The notes beneath the pieces were generated by a model. The model was not told where the DNA came from, searched no databases, and saw nothing but the letters and a program-made list of their open reading frames with translations. DNA of 60,287 nucleotides, the filler included, from Hausera hauseri (Eukaryota): the NCBI GenBank assembly GCA_046269625.1. It is 10 parts of 10 records of this genome, joined end to end, with 100 filler letters (N's around TTAATTAATTAA, not from the genome) between each part and the next. Parts side by side here need not be neighbours in the genome. Positions count along the whole stretch, not along the records: positions 8,103 to 14,348 come from JBJURY010120429.1; positions 14,449 to 22,166 come from JBJURY010906867.1; positions 22,267 to 31,680 come from JBJURY010385479.1; 7 more parts are not named here. One strand, given 5' to 3'. The position numbers were made by a program, and so were the translations under genes. The first letter of the stretch is position 1. Each line of letters opens with the position of its first letter. Shown in pieces: positions 12,325-23,677 of the stretch.

Positions 12325-12810
12325 TTATTTCTTTTTTCTCCATGATAAATCGTTTCCATTCTTAAACTTTCCTTTGTTTTCCCAACGTCTGCGTTGTGTA
12401 AACTTCTTACAGCTGTATGATGATTTAGTTCTTTGCATCAAATTGTAGCATGATCGAGATGTTTCTTCCATATCGAAATGAAACGCAAGAACATAATCAC
12501 TGTCATTCTCAACTGTAATGAATTGGCCTTGGGTTTCAATTTGACTTTGTGAAATATTGCTCACTAAATAAAACTCAAGATCCACTAAAAGTGAAGTATT
12601 CATGAGTAGGAGAGAAATGTCGTTAGACTCTGTATGATAGGCGTACAAAGAACCACACAACTTATCTTGAATCCACTCCCCGGTGGACTTTTCGCAAAAA
12701 TATAAGGAAACATCCTTCGCATCAAATACTATTTCTTTAGCATCATGATCGTATCTCGTTTTTAAGTGATTTAAGAACAAATTTCGCATAAAAGTATTTC
12801 TTGAATCCAT
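12325..12810 (-). CDS. DCP1: Dcp1-like EVH1-domain protein (mRNA decapping cofactor), divergent and intronless
   Basis: LKTRYDHDAKEIVFDAKDVSLY...GEWIQDKLCGSLYAY...LLLMN...QGQFITVEN...VLAFHF...SCYNLM aligns by eye along the whole Dcp1 EVH1 consensus. The 161-aa ORF is intact. Confidence 0.7.
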   Translation of the reverse strand: MDSRNTFMRNLFLNHLKTRYDHDAKEIVFDAKDVSLYFCEKSTGEWIQDKLCGSLYAYHTESNDISLLLMNTSLLVDLEFYLVSNISQSQIETQGQFITVENDSDYVLAFHFDMEETSRSCYNLMQRTKSSYSCKKFTQRRRWENKGKFKNGNDLSWRKKK

Positions 12811-14142
12811 ATTTCAAAATTATTATTCATCCAATGATGTTGATGTCAAATGAGATCGAAATATACCAATGAAAGTTTTTACTTCAATTATATTGGTGTA
12901 ATTATTCATTGGAGCAGATTCTAGTAGAGCGAGAATTAGATCATTAGATTCCTTATTGTTCAGAACAATAATATATAATGGTATCGGCATATATCAACAT
13001 CCACTGAATGCTTATTCAACATACAAAGCCCACTTATTTAGTTCAAATTACCTTTTAAAACTGTTCTTCAATTAAACAAAAACAGTATGGTTTTATCATG
13101 ATTATCTGAGTAATATTTTACCTGTTTTATATGAGTATGTTTAAAACTACAATTAATTAAACACAATATGTCCGATTTCAGGACATATTTGAACTGGTAA
13201 TTATGAGAAAAATCGACTATTTCCAAGGAGTTTTATATAAATTTTATTCATTTCAAATAAACTTCACTTCGCTCAGTCCAAAATGGTTTGAATAAAAATA
13301 AGTTATCCAATAATGAATGATGCATCACAAAAATGCCATTTCAAAAATGTCCAAAAGTCGGACATATTTTATTCGGATAATAAAATTGACAATAAAATTG
13401 AAACAAAAATTATTTATAAAGATAATAAAATAAAAAGGCTGAAAGTTGGTTGTGAAAAAATTTTAATAGATTCGGAAAAGAATTTTGAAGTTACTGAATT
13501 AAATAAACGTAGTGTTTTGAGATTCTAGAAACATAATTAATTATAAAGTGAAGATGCCAATTGTAGCAGGTCAAACTTTCAGAAAACGAATTTTCAAATA
13601 ATGAATCAGACAAATATAATATTCAAATTTCTCCAAAATATCAAACAGAATAGAACTCATACATGTTTTCCAATAATTACTACAAAATGCATCATATATG
13701 TAGTGCAACAAATCAAATAATTCTCGACAGTAGGAAATCGTTAAATAAAAAAATTAATAGGTGTTTGTGCAAATAGAACTAATATTGATACACCAAATCT
13801 ATAGTATAAAAAATGAGAACAATATATATATTTGGGTCGATCAAATATTATATCTCTTCTAATTGAATAGAATCCCTATAAGAAAGTCTCAACAGAAAAT
13901 CAAGAATATTGTATCAAAAATGAACGATAATTACAAAAATATTTATTAAAACATCTTTACTAAATCCTAATAACCGTTTTAATCAATAACGTGACATTAT
14001 CTACTAACACATTTAAACTTATTCATTTTTTCTATATAACTTGACTATTCTCATCTAATATATACCTTGACTTATTGATTGATCGGATGTACGCTATTGA
14101 TTGGCATCATAGACCCTCTAACAATATATCATAGATTATATC

Positions 14143-14348
14143 AGTTTCAAGGGTTAAATATAAACAAAAATACTAATCAAGGCATAAACAAATTGTACGT
14201 ATGCGTTGAGAAAATCTTATATGGAATAGCGAATTTTTCAAAACTATACTTAAGACCCCAAAACAACTCACATGGAAATCTCTTCATATACTAACATCTT
14301 ATGTAATTGCTGATTATACTCATATTATGGATAACATCATATTTGGTA
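14143..14348. repeat. 206-bp direct repeat, copy 2, running into the contig end
   Basis: Matches 10582-10787. Confidence 0.92.
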
Positions 14349-14448
14349 NNNNNNNNNNNNNNNNNNNNNNNNNNNNNNNNNNNNNNNNNNNNTTAATTAA
14401 TTAANNNNNNNNNNNNNNNNNNNNNNNNNNNNNNNNNNNNNNNNNNNN
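14349..14448. other. Artificial contig linker
   Basis: 44 N + TTAATTAATTAA + 44 N. Confidence 0.98.
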
Positions 14449-14879
14449 TTGATGCAGCAACAAAACTGGGTTATCAGTTTTATGTTTGCCCATTACATTA
14501 TTTTCATAGAGGAATTATATGTTACCTTGGGATTAATTTCTATATATTACAATTGGTGTCAGAGGAAGTATGGGTCAATTTTGGTCGTGCTAAATGGATG
14601 GGCTTGTTGGATTTTCGAATATTAAGGAATACTGGTGAGTTCGGTTGATGTCCTTGGAACACACCGCAGTTACTTTTTATTTTACACTTTCACGAATGTG
14701 TTAAACTATCAAGTGTTCATTTATTTAAAGTTTTTCTTTAATTATTTTACATTTTTACAAACTGATTGTTGTTCCTGTGATATGTGCCATTCTACTATAA
14801 ATACTACAGTTATTACTCAAATCCTTACCACTGATTTAAGTACTGTTAATTATTCTCAAATTTTTAAAGATAATTTCAT

Positions 14880-15750
14880 ATCTATCGTCAAAGCTGGCAA
14901 TAATATTTTACACCATTTAAGAATATTTCTACGTGTAAAGACGGCAAAATCTATTAAGTCACTGGGATGTCCTCTTCTCAAAAGTGTTATTTCATACAAG
15001 TTTGCAAATGAAAGTAAACTTACTATCAAATTACCACATAGTTTACTAGACGTTTCTATTCATGAACGTTCATCGGAAAACCCAAAATTACCCATCAAAT
15101 CTCTGAAAGTTAAAATTAACGACAGAACCACAGAAGTGAAGGATCTCAAGAAATACAATATAAAAAATATATACATTCCTTCGTTCGTCACACATACAGA
15201 TTCACATAGTCCAATATCAAAAAGTTATGCTATTAAACTTAAAGAAAAATGCCTGAAAGAACATTCCAAGCGTTTAGATCGATTGTCTCCTTTCATAAAC
15301 GACGCTAGCGATATAGAATTTTCCAGTGTACTGGATAAAAAATTGGAAATGGGTCATTTGACATCAACTTATAATCAAAATATAAATGGTGGTATAGACG
15401 TATTTCACATAAATCCGTTTTCCCTGCAATTTGTTCTACGTCTCAGACTGTGTGGATACTGGATTTATTCGTTTCAGTCAAAGAGGTACCATGATTTTTC
15501 ATTGGAACAGGTTCACGTTTTGAATAAAGTTAAGCCCGGTCGAAATGTTTTCTTTATGAGCTTGGGTGGAACAGGAAAAATATTTTTACTGCAGAAAATT
15601 ACTGGAATTGCTTCTGGTTCTATGTATGGATATACAGTACATCGTTCCGGAAGCATAGACCCAACTATGTCATCCGTCCACACAAGTGTAAATATCATTT
15701 CTAGAAAACCCGTTCTTATTCAACAATGGCGATATCCGGAAATTTTGAAT
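14880..15750 (+). pseudogene. PIF1: Degenerate, truncated PIF1 helicase copy within ORF 14635-16032
   Basis: N-terminal PH-like segment (YKFANESKLTIKLP...IKSLKVKI), then FSLEQVHVLNKVKPGRNVFFMSLGGTGKIFLLQKI (degenerate Walker A), TGIASGSMYGYTVH and QQWR. Similarity stops before Walker B (IIDEISM). Confidence 0.7.
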
Positions 15751-16330
15751 ATAATGAAACAGATATTCAGTAAACAGGATAAATCGAGAACTGCGAAAGC
15801 AGCTGGAAATTATCAAAAGAGAAATGCGTCAAATCTATTCAACTTGAGAATAATAAACAGTTCATATATCAACATACTACTCAAGCCCTTCCCCGTTCTA
15901 AAAAACCAATATAGAATATTTGGTTGGCCATGTGTNNNNNNNNNNATGTGTGCTCAGCCAATCTGCTCCTCAAACTCATCACCGAAAGAAATTCTCTATA
16001 TTTTGCAGATTATATGTTGGAGCTTTCCGTGATAGATTTTCCATAAAATCATATGTGATGTACAAATAGATTTCCCTTGTCCTTACTTTGGCGAATTTAA
16101 AGTTTTTAGTAAAACATTTGACGATAGTCTTTCTAAAACGCAGGTAACGTATGTTACGTTTCTTAAAAATTCGAATAAAATTTATGAAAAGCTGCTGATT
16201 CAACCATTATTTACAAAACATGACCCACGTCAGCAAACAGTTTCTGTTTTACTATACCGAAATAAATTGAGTTGTACGCTTCCACCATTGTATTGCTCAA
16301 TTTAAAGAATTTGGTGCTACAACCTTTAAT

Positions 16331-16930
16331 TTGTTAAACCCCATAGGGATACTGTATACAATAAACGGTGCCCCTATTACCGATGACCGTTCATTTGAAA
16401 ATGTCTCCCTTACCCCTAAGGTGGAAAGCAAAGTGTCAACTACTAGTCTATTTAAATACGAGGAACCTAGATCTTCATTTTCAAAACAGGATAATCAAAA
16501 GAAATTTACCTATCAGTTGGCGAATGGTGAACGTTTCATAACTATCGACGTTGGCGTAAACTCGGAAGTAACGTTTTATACATTAAGAACATTAATATTC
16601 AGTATTTCTCGTATGTATCAATTTTCCAAGACTCAGTACTTTATACGTCTAAAATTTCAGTGTTTATACAGTTGTACGCTATTCGGCTACTCAGTAAACA
16701 CAGGTTTATTTCCCGATGATAATTTTCTCCCGGAAGAAACCAATTTAACATTGAAAATTACAATTAAATCCTCTCTCACAGATCTTCGATTTTTATCCTC
16801 CAACAACCTGTACCGTTCTCGACTGCACCTAACCGTCGTTAACAGTATTTCTTATGTAATCGACAATGTGACGCAAACTCAAAGTACCGCTCTAATACAA
16901 AAGGATAATAATTTCCATATAAAAACGTGA
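16331..16930 (+). CDS. Hypothetical 199-aa ORF, unassigned
   Basis: Open frame in AT-rich DNA with a non-ATG predicted start and no recognisable motif. Confidence 0.25.
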   Translation: MLNPIGILYTINGAPITDDRSFENVSLTPKVESKVSTTSLFKYEEPRSSFSKQDNQKKFTYQLANGERFITIDVGVNSEVTFYTLRTLIFSISRMYQFSKTQYFIRLKFQCLYSCTLFGYSVNTGLFPDDNFLPEETNLTLKITIKSSLTDLRFLSSNNLYRSRLHLTVVNSISYVIDNVTQTQSTALIQKDNNFHIKT

Positions 16931-18440
16931 AAGCAATAGAATTGATCTCAAAAGGAAACGGCTTGCGGTCTCACTACACCTGCGGTCGGGTTCACCGATG
17001 GAGATAACCTTGTATGGACAATTTGGTGCCGTCGTGGCGGAGCCACATATTCGGCGGCCCACCAAACGGCTGTAGGGCACGGAACGCAATATGTGGGAAT
17101 ACCACACTACTTATCCAGTTGCTTATTACTGTCATTTTTCATTTAACTTTTTGTAAATAATAAATTAATACATATTGCACACATAACACAATATATCGAC
17201 ACAATACAATTATATGATGTCATCCACGCAACCACTCTTCGCAATGCCTTTTACCTGACTCACAAAGGATTCATTTTAACTAGCCTCCCACACATCACTT
17301 ATTCACAATAGTACCTTTGTATAAACAATCACCCCAGAATCCGCAGCGACTTGATATCTTCACCAACCAGTGACAACACAGAAAAGGTCACCACAAAACC
17401 AAAATACATTGTCTATTATCCAAAATCAACCAATCAAACTTCTTCAACTGATCATAGCTTTTTACCTAAAACCACTCTTACTGCATCCTCACATTGCACC
17501 GAATATTTTACTGACAATGAAAACTCTAGTAAGACTTGGATTCACTTCCATCAACCTTGGCTACAGTCCAACGGCATTATCGAATTGTTAACCAAAGCCC
17601 ATAATCTACTTTACCTTCTACCAAACTCAATAAAGACATTAAATCATAACTTACTGGACATCTTTTAACATCCTGACCACTATACGCAATTGTTCAATGC
17701 TGTATTAAAACTAACAGAACCACCAATTGACTCGATAATACAACAATTCTTTAATGAAAACGCGATCGGCATGCAGAAACTTACTGATTTCTTACGCACC
17801 TCTTTGGCCCACTTATGTACCCTTGGCGTTACCAAGGAACACAATCCGGATCTACTTCGCCGCTATTTTCTTAATGCTTTACCCATTCAAATTAGGGCTC
17901 TACTTACTGTCGTTGAGAATTCGACAGCTTTAGATAAACTAGTCGAATTGGCCAATAAAGCACATAAAGTTTTACAATTATAAGCACAGCCAATCATATC
18001 ACTCGCAATCACAACTAGCGACAATCAACTACATCCATCTATAGAACAACAAATGAGCCAATTACGCACCGAAAATTCAGCACTGCAATATACAATCCAT
18101 AACATTAATAATAAGCCGAATGACCTGTCCTTGCAGCGACGGAGTGCTCCTGTTTTTCGTTACACGCGTTCAGCCTCAAGAAATCGATTACCGTCGCCGG
18201 CGCGATCGTTTGTACGTTATTATCATAACAAATTTAATAACAAAGCTAATAAATGCTGTTTAGGGTGTAGATATTACTCTTCGAAGCTACACTCAGATAA
18301 CATTGTTTGCATCTATCATGCAAAATTTAGATCTAATGCTCGGAAATGTATTACAGGTTGTAATTATAAAATAAACGCTAACTACACCAACGACAGACGG
18401 TCTAGTTTCTCTAATAATAACCGCCCAAACCCACCAATCC

Positions 18441-18488
18441 AAAAAAATGATTTCGCCGCCAGTACTCACGGTAGAGTCTGGCAAAGGC
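18441..18488 (+). promoter_or_regulatory. Putative -1 ribosomal frameshift site (gag to pro-pol), copy 1
   Basis: A_AAA_AAA heptamer, then TGA, then stem GCC..CCAG(T)ACTC / GAGTCTGG..GGC. The protease is in the -1 frame. Confidence 0.7.
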
Positions 18489-21377
18489 AACGTACCTAAT
18501 CCTTCTTGCCGACACACTTCTTTTGCAGTCTTTACACTAAAATCTGCAATCTCTACCCCGAACATTCAATCCATAGATTTTCTCATCGATACCAGTGCAG
18601 CGATCTTATTACTATCACTTTCTTCTCCGGTTTAGCATTCTTCACTTAAAACAAAACCTTTATACACCGCTTCCGGTCAACCCCTTCATATTTCCAGGTC
18701 ATGCAAATTGTCTTTCAATCTTCCACAATTTTCCTCAACATTTTACTGGACGTTTACAGTCGTTAGCGTTCAGACAGCAATACTTGGCTCCGATTTCCTG
18801 TCGCACTATAACTTGCTAGTTGATTGTAAACAACGATGTCTGAAAATAAATGCAATTGGAGACTGTAACGCACGAACAAACAGCATGCCGACGACAGCAC
18901 AGCCGGTGGTCAGGAGAAAATCTATCCTAAAAAAGTCAGTATCTCATTCTAATTCTCTTAACTATCATATTGTACTTCTTAAGTTTTTAAACGAGAACGC
19001 TGATAGTCAGTCGAAGTTTAATATTGGTAACAACGATCTTGTCGCTTCTGCAAAATCAATACACAAAATCACTTCCTCAAATACCGTCCTTAACACGACT
19101 ATTTTACATCAGATTCCACTAGATTTCCCACCAGAAATTAACTTACATTTATCAAGTACTGCTAACAACATCGGTTCATCGCCACCTCTAATGTTATGGC
19201 AATTACCTATAAGTTTGCAACAATTCATCAATACCTCTTATCCTCGTATACTTCAGAAAGATCGAAAATTCATTCCTGAAAAAGGCATCTGCCATCATAT
19301 CATTAAACAACACAAAATACTCATTCGTCAAAAGGTTCGTCTATTATCACCTCACATCAAGAAAACTGTAGTTACCACACCTTTCGGTCTTTACGAATAC
19401 TTATACATGCCTTTTGGTTTTCAGAATGCTGCTCAGACCTTTCAGCGACATGCCGATTCAATCCTTCAGACTTTCCTTTTGCGCATCCATATATTGATGA
19501 TATTTTAGTTGCTTCTTCTTTTATTAAACAACACGAAGAACATCTACGCTCTATCTTCAAACGACTTAATCAGCACAATCTATAGATCAATTTTGCAAAA
19601 TGTAACTTCTTCCAAAAACGCTTTAATTTTCTTGGACATATTGTCTCATCAAACGGCCATTCATCTCAGCCTGATCGAGTTGAGTCTGTTAAAAACGTCC
19701 AACTACCTAGGGCAACCACAAAAATACGCAGTTTCCTCGGTACCTTACATTTCGCCCACAAATATGTTCCATATTTTTTGGAACTCACGGCACATTTTGT
19801 CCACTTAAGCGGAGAAAAAACACCAGAAAATCCAGTGGACACCACAATTGGTCGATAGGTTTTATAGACTGCGCGAAGGACTAAAGATTGTTGAAATACT
19901 AGCATTTCCTAAGCCTGATGCCGAGCTCATCTTAACCACAGATGCATCAACCATCGTAGTAGGCGCCGTATTACATCAATTGTATAAAGGCGAAAATCAG
20001 CCTCTAGAATTCTTTTCCAGAAAATTAACACCACCATAAACAAAATATTCAACTTCCGATCGAAAACTACTGGCAATAGTTCTTGCCTTAAAGCATTTTT
20101 CCCACTCACTTACAGCTCGTCATTTCGTTATACAGACTGATCACAAACCTTTGATTAATATACTGACAATGAAACACCCTTCCACTCGATAAGAACGACA
20201 AATTTCATATTTGTCCACATTTAACTTCGACATTAAACACATTAACGGTGTTAACAATATAGTTGCCGATTTTTTATCAAGGTCAGTTGGTTCAATCAAT
20301 TTTATGCCGATTTTTACTCACTCACAACTTCAACAAAACCAACAATCTCAAGACATTATTGATTCTTTCAAATCTTGCAATATTGTAGACGGTGTGGCCT
20401 TAAACACGTACAAACCAGGTCAGTCTAAAATAATACTATCACCTGCCTTGAAAAAACAAGCATCCAACAGCGTATATTCACTACATCACCCTGGTGCTAA
20501 AACCACTTTTCGCTTACTCCAGCGACACTTAGTTTGGCCGTCAATGCGTTCTGATGTGCAGGAATGGGTTAAGGAATGCATGACTTGCCAAAAATATAAA
20601 ATCATTTAAAGCCACCACTAAATCATTTTCCCTGCACATCCCGTTTTGAATCCGTGCATATAGACCTCGCCGGCCCTCTCCCTTTAGACAACGGCCATCA
20701 ATTCATACTGACCATGATGGACCGTTCCTCGCGATGGCCAGAAGCCATCCCTCTACGGAGCAAAAGTATTGAAACTGTAGCTGACGTTTTCATCCTCACT
20801 TGGATTAGCAGGTTTGGATCACCTCGTTTATTCATCTTGGAGGCCCTCAATTTGAATCCAGTTTGTTTAAATCCCTTGTTAACCAGTTAGGAATCAATTA
20901 TTTATATACCACACCTTATCACCCTCAATCGAACGGCCTTCTCGGACGTTTCCACCGCACAGTGAAAACATCGCTTAGAATTTTCGCACAGTCCAACATC
21001 ATTTGGACTACTCCTCTTCCGTTCGTTCTGCTTGGCTGGCGGAACACTCCGTCCACTTCCACAGGATGTTCACCAACTGAAGCCTTATTCGGAACCCCTG
21101 TACGGTCATTGTTTGAACTAACTGCTGTAGAAGAGACTCCCGCAGATGAAATGATACGAGCAGCACAGGATCACTTCGCTACAATCAGCAAGGATTTGTT
21201 TTACAGGATACTACACAACAACAAAACATACATACCCGAAAACTTATACTCGTCAAAATTCGTATGGTTAAAAAATCAAAAACCGCGTGGTTTTCAGCCA
21301 CAGTATTTAGAACCCTATAAAGCAGTACAGCTGCATTTACATAATGCTATTATCCTTAAAGACGAAAAGAATTTGTA

Positions 21378-21905
21378 GTGCATATTAATAATATAAAACC
21401 AGCCTTCTTCGTAGACGATATTTGCCCAATTGAAATGTCAACCTCGTTTCTCACCCCTGTACCCTCGTTTGTCTCCACTTCCATTTCCACATCTACCTTT
21501 CCCCATACTTCTTTTCACTTTTCTGTTCCTACATCTTCACCTCCTAATTCCGTTCCTGTCCCTGTTTCTGCATTTTCCTCTCCTTCTATTCTTATTCTTA
21601 CTTCTACTCCAAACCCTATTCCTACTACTTCGCCTATTTCTAGTTCCCCTCTCCACTTATTGTCCTCCGAAACTTTTTTAAACAATTGGAATCATTCACC
21701 TTCAGTCACTCCTTTTCCTTCTTCTGTCTTACCTTCGCAAGACACAACACCCAATCATACAAAATCTGATATTCTTTTTCCAAAACCACTCCAGCAGTCA
21801 GACACAAAAGCAAAGCAACATCGCAAGTCAGTGACATTCAGTACCTATAGTAGACAACTAAGTAATGAGGGATTACAACGTCTTGTACGCACACAAACTT
21901 CTTAG
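21378..21905 (+). other. Ser/Pro/Thr-rich low-complexity tail of the gypsy Pol
   Basis: Continues from the integrase GPY/F-like region (VHINNIKPAF), is pyrimidine-rich DNA, and ends with KSVTF before the polypurine tract. Confidence 0.6.
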
Positions 21906-22166
21906 GCAAATTACACTGTTCTCACGATTTTCTTTTCAATTTTTTCTTTATAGTTTTTAATTCAGTCACGGGGGAGGATACTGTGGTGCCCACCGTGCGT
22001 TAATTTCTTGTTAATGTAATTTTTTTGCATTTTGATGAAAAGTTAATGTATACAATTTTATGATTTAAAATAGACGTAAGTCCTTTCAAATTATACAGTT
22101 TGTAATATTTTTATGGTGTTATTTTGGGTCAGAAATTAATTATTGAAATATGATTACTTACTTTAA

Positions 22167-22266
22167 NNNNNNNNNNNNNNNNNNNNNNNNNNNNNNNNNN
22201 NNNNNNNNNNTTAATTAATTAANNNNNNNNNNNNNNNNNNNNNNNNNNNNNNNNNNNNNNNNNNNN
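22167..22266. other. Artificial contig linker
   Basis: 44 N + TTAATTAATTAA + 44 N. Confidence 0.98.
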
Positions 22267-22760
22267 AAATATAACGATAAACGCTTAATCATTACGTTAG
22301 TTGCTAATCCAGCGCCTTCCGCGTGCAACTTATATGTCCTTAAAAATTCATTGAGTCCGTCTGGGTCTCCGTCATATGCGGGCAAGTTTAACGAGTCAAA
22401 TGTAAAAATATCCAATTTTTGGGCTACTGCCTGGTTTTCTGCCATATTCTCGGCGTTTATTAGATTCTGCTTTACTGCTTTACGTATTCTAGTTTTCTTA
22501 TCGGGAACCTTAAATTCAATAGGCTGCTTAACAGCGTCTAGATCAATAAGTTTGACTTTTGCTAAATTTGTTTCAGATAACGTACGTTTAATCAACGTTT
22601 CACCTTCTCTATAGACTCTATTACGTGTTTCACGAAAATTTGTGTTCTCCTTACCGTTAGGAATAAAATTTAGATTATCGTTAGACTTATGTCTATCAAT
22701 ATTCGTTCTTATCTCCGAATATGTCGTAAATATCACTGAGGGTTTCTTTATAAATCCCAA
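22267..22760 (-). CDS. 5' part of an LTR-retrotransposon gag, cut by the contig end
   Basis: LPAYDGDPDGLNEFLRTYKLHAEGAG is a typical gag capsid N-terminus, and the ORF lies directly downstream of an LTR and PBS. Confidence 0.75.
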
Positions 22761-22863
22761 ATTTTAATATCACAATATCTACAATCAATTACTTGATGTG
22801 ATAGCGCTGATCGCTAATATGTCGTTACTTTTTCACTAAAAGTCAAGTCTAGCAAGTGCAACT

Positions 22864-22881
22864 GTCCTGCTAGGGTCGCCA
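22864..22881 (-). promoter_or_regulatory. Primer-binding site (tRNA-Arg-like)
   Basis: TGGCGACCCTAGCAGGAC begins 2 nt after the LTR end ...CTAACA. Confidence 0.75.
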
Positions 22882-22883
22882 AA

Positions 22884-23677
22884 TGTTAGTAGTTGAAGGT
22901 GGGCCCTATCCAACACCCAACTATAACAATGAAATCAAATTAAATAAATTTCGAATTAAGCAGGTAAGTTCTAACGTTCTCGTTAGAAGTTTGCACTTAG
23001 TTTATCTTGCAGGTACTGCGTGTGATGAATGCCTCAAATTACAACCTCTAGTCTTAACTATGAATTTTATAAGAATTTAAACCTTAATGTAGTCCAAGTC
23101 CCTCTTAAAGAGCGACGGAAAAACTATAAGAATTTTACAACACAAATATATTAAACAACAAGAAAATATACCACAAATTAATATCAGAATCGTCCAACAA
23201 GAATAATCGAATCACGAATCAATTCAATAATAACGTCAGTACTGAATAACTTCAATTCTGCAATTCTTCTGACTTCTGTTATCGATCTGCGACTTTTCAA
23301 CTTCACAATTGTTTCAATTTCAACTTCTAAATTGTTCCTCAAAATCGCTCTCAAAATTGTTCGGTTCTGTCATTCTGATCACTGGTTTATATATTAACCA
23401 GTTTTTGTTTATCTCTTTTCATTTGAATTTTTCTGATTATTATTTCAATTTTAAGATAATATTTACAATCAAGATTCCAATATTTACAATTATTATTCCA
23501 CTGTTTACAATTGCTTTTCAACTAAAATCGTTTAAATTCTAATATTTACAATTCTTATCTAGTGTTTATTCACCGAAATTCAATTTAATCAGTCTATTTA
23601 CAATCGGTTTGTTTACAACCGATTTACTACAATTTTGACTTAGTCACAATTTGACTAGTCATTGTTAACTCTCGACA
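22884..23677 (-). repeat. 5' LTR (about 794 bp) inserted into a pPolB gene
   Basis: TG...CA termini (TGTCGAGAG...CTAACA on the minus strand). The PBS is on one side, and pPolB coding sequence resumes abruptly at 23678 on the other. Confidence 0.75.

Larger units (their letters stand above)
17022..22000 (+). mobile_element. Ty3/gypsy LTR retrotransposon, CsRn1/Boudicca-like clade, copy 1 (near full length, decayed)
   Basis: Gag with CHCC motifs (CIYHAKFRSNARKCITGC), protease (FLIDTSA, AILGSDFL), RT (TTPFGLYEYLYMPFG), RNase H (LTTDAS, QPLEFFSRKL), integrase (HHPGAK..C..C, HIDLAGPLP, RWPEAIPL, YHPQSNG). Polypurine tract GGGGGAGGA at 21970-21978 is followed by LTR start TGTGGTGCCC at 21982. Confidence 0.92.
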
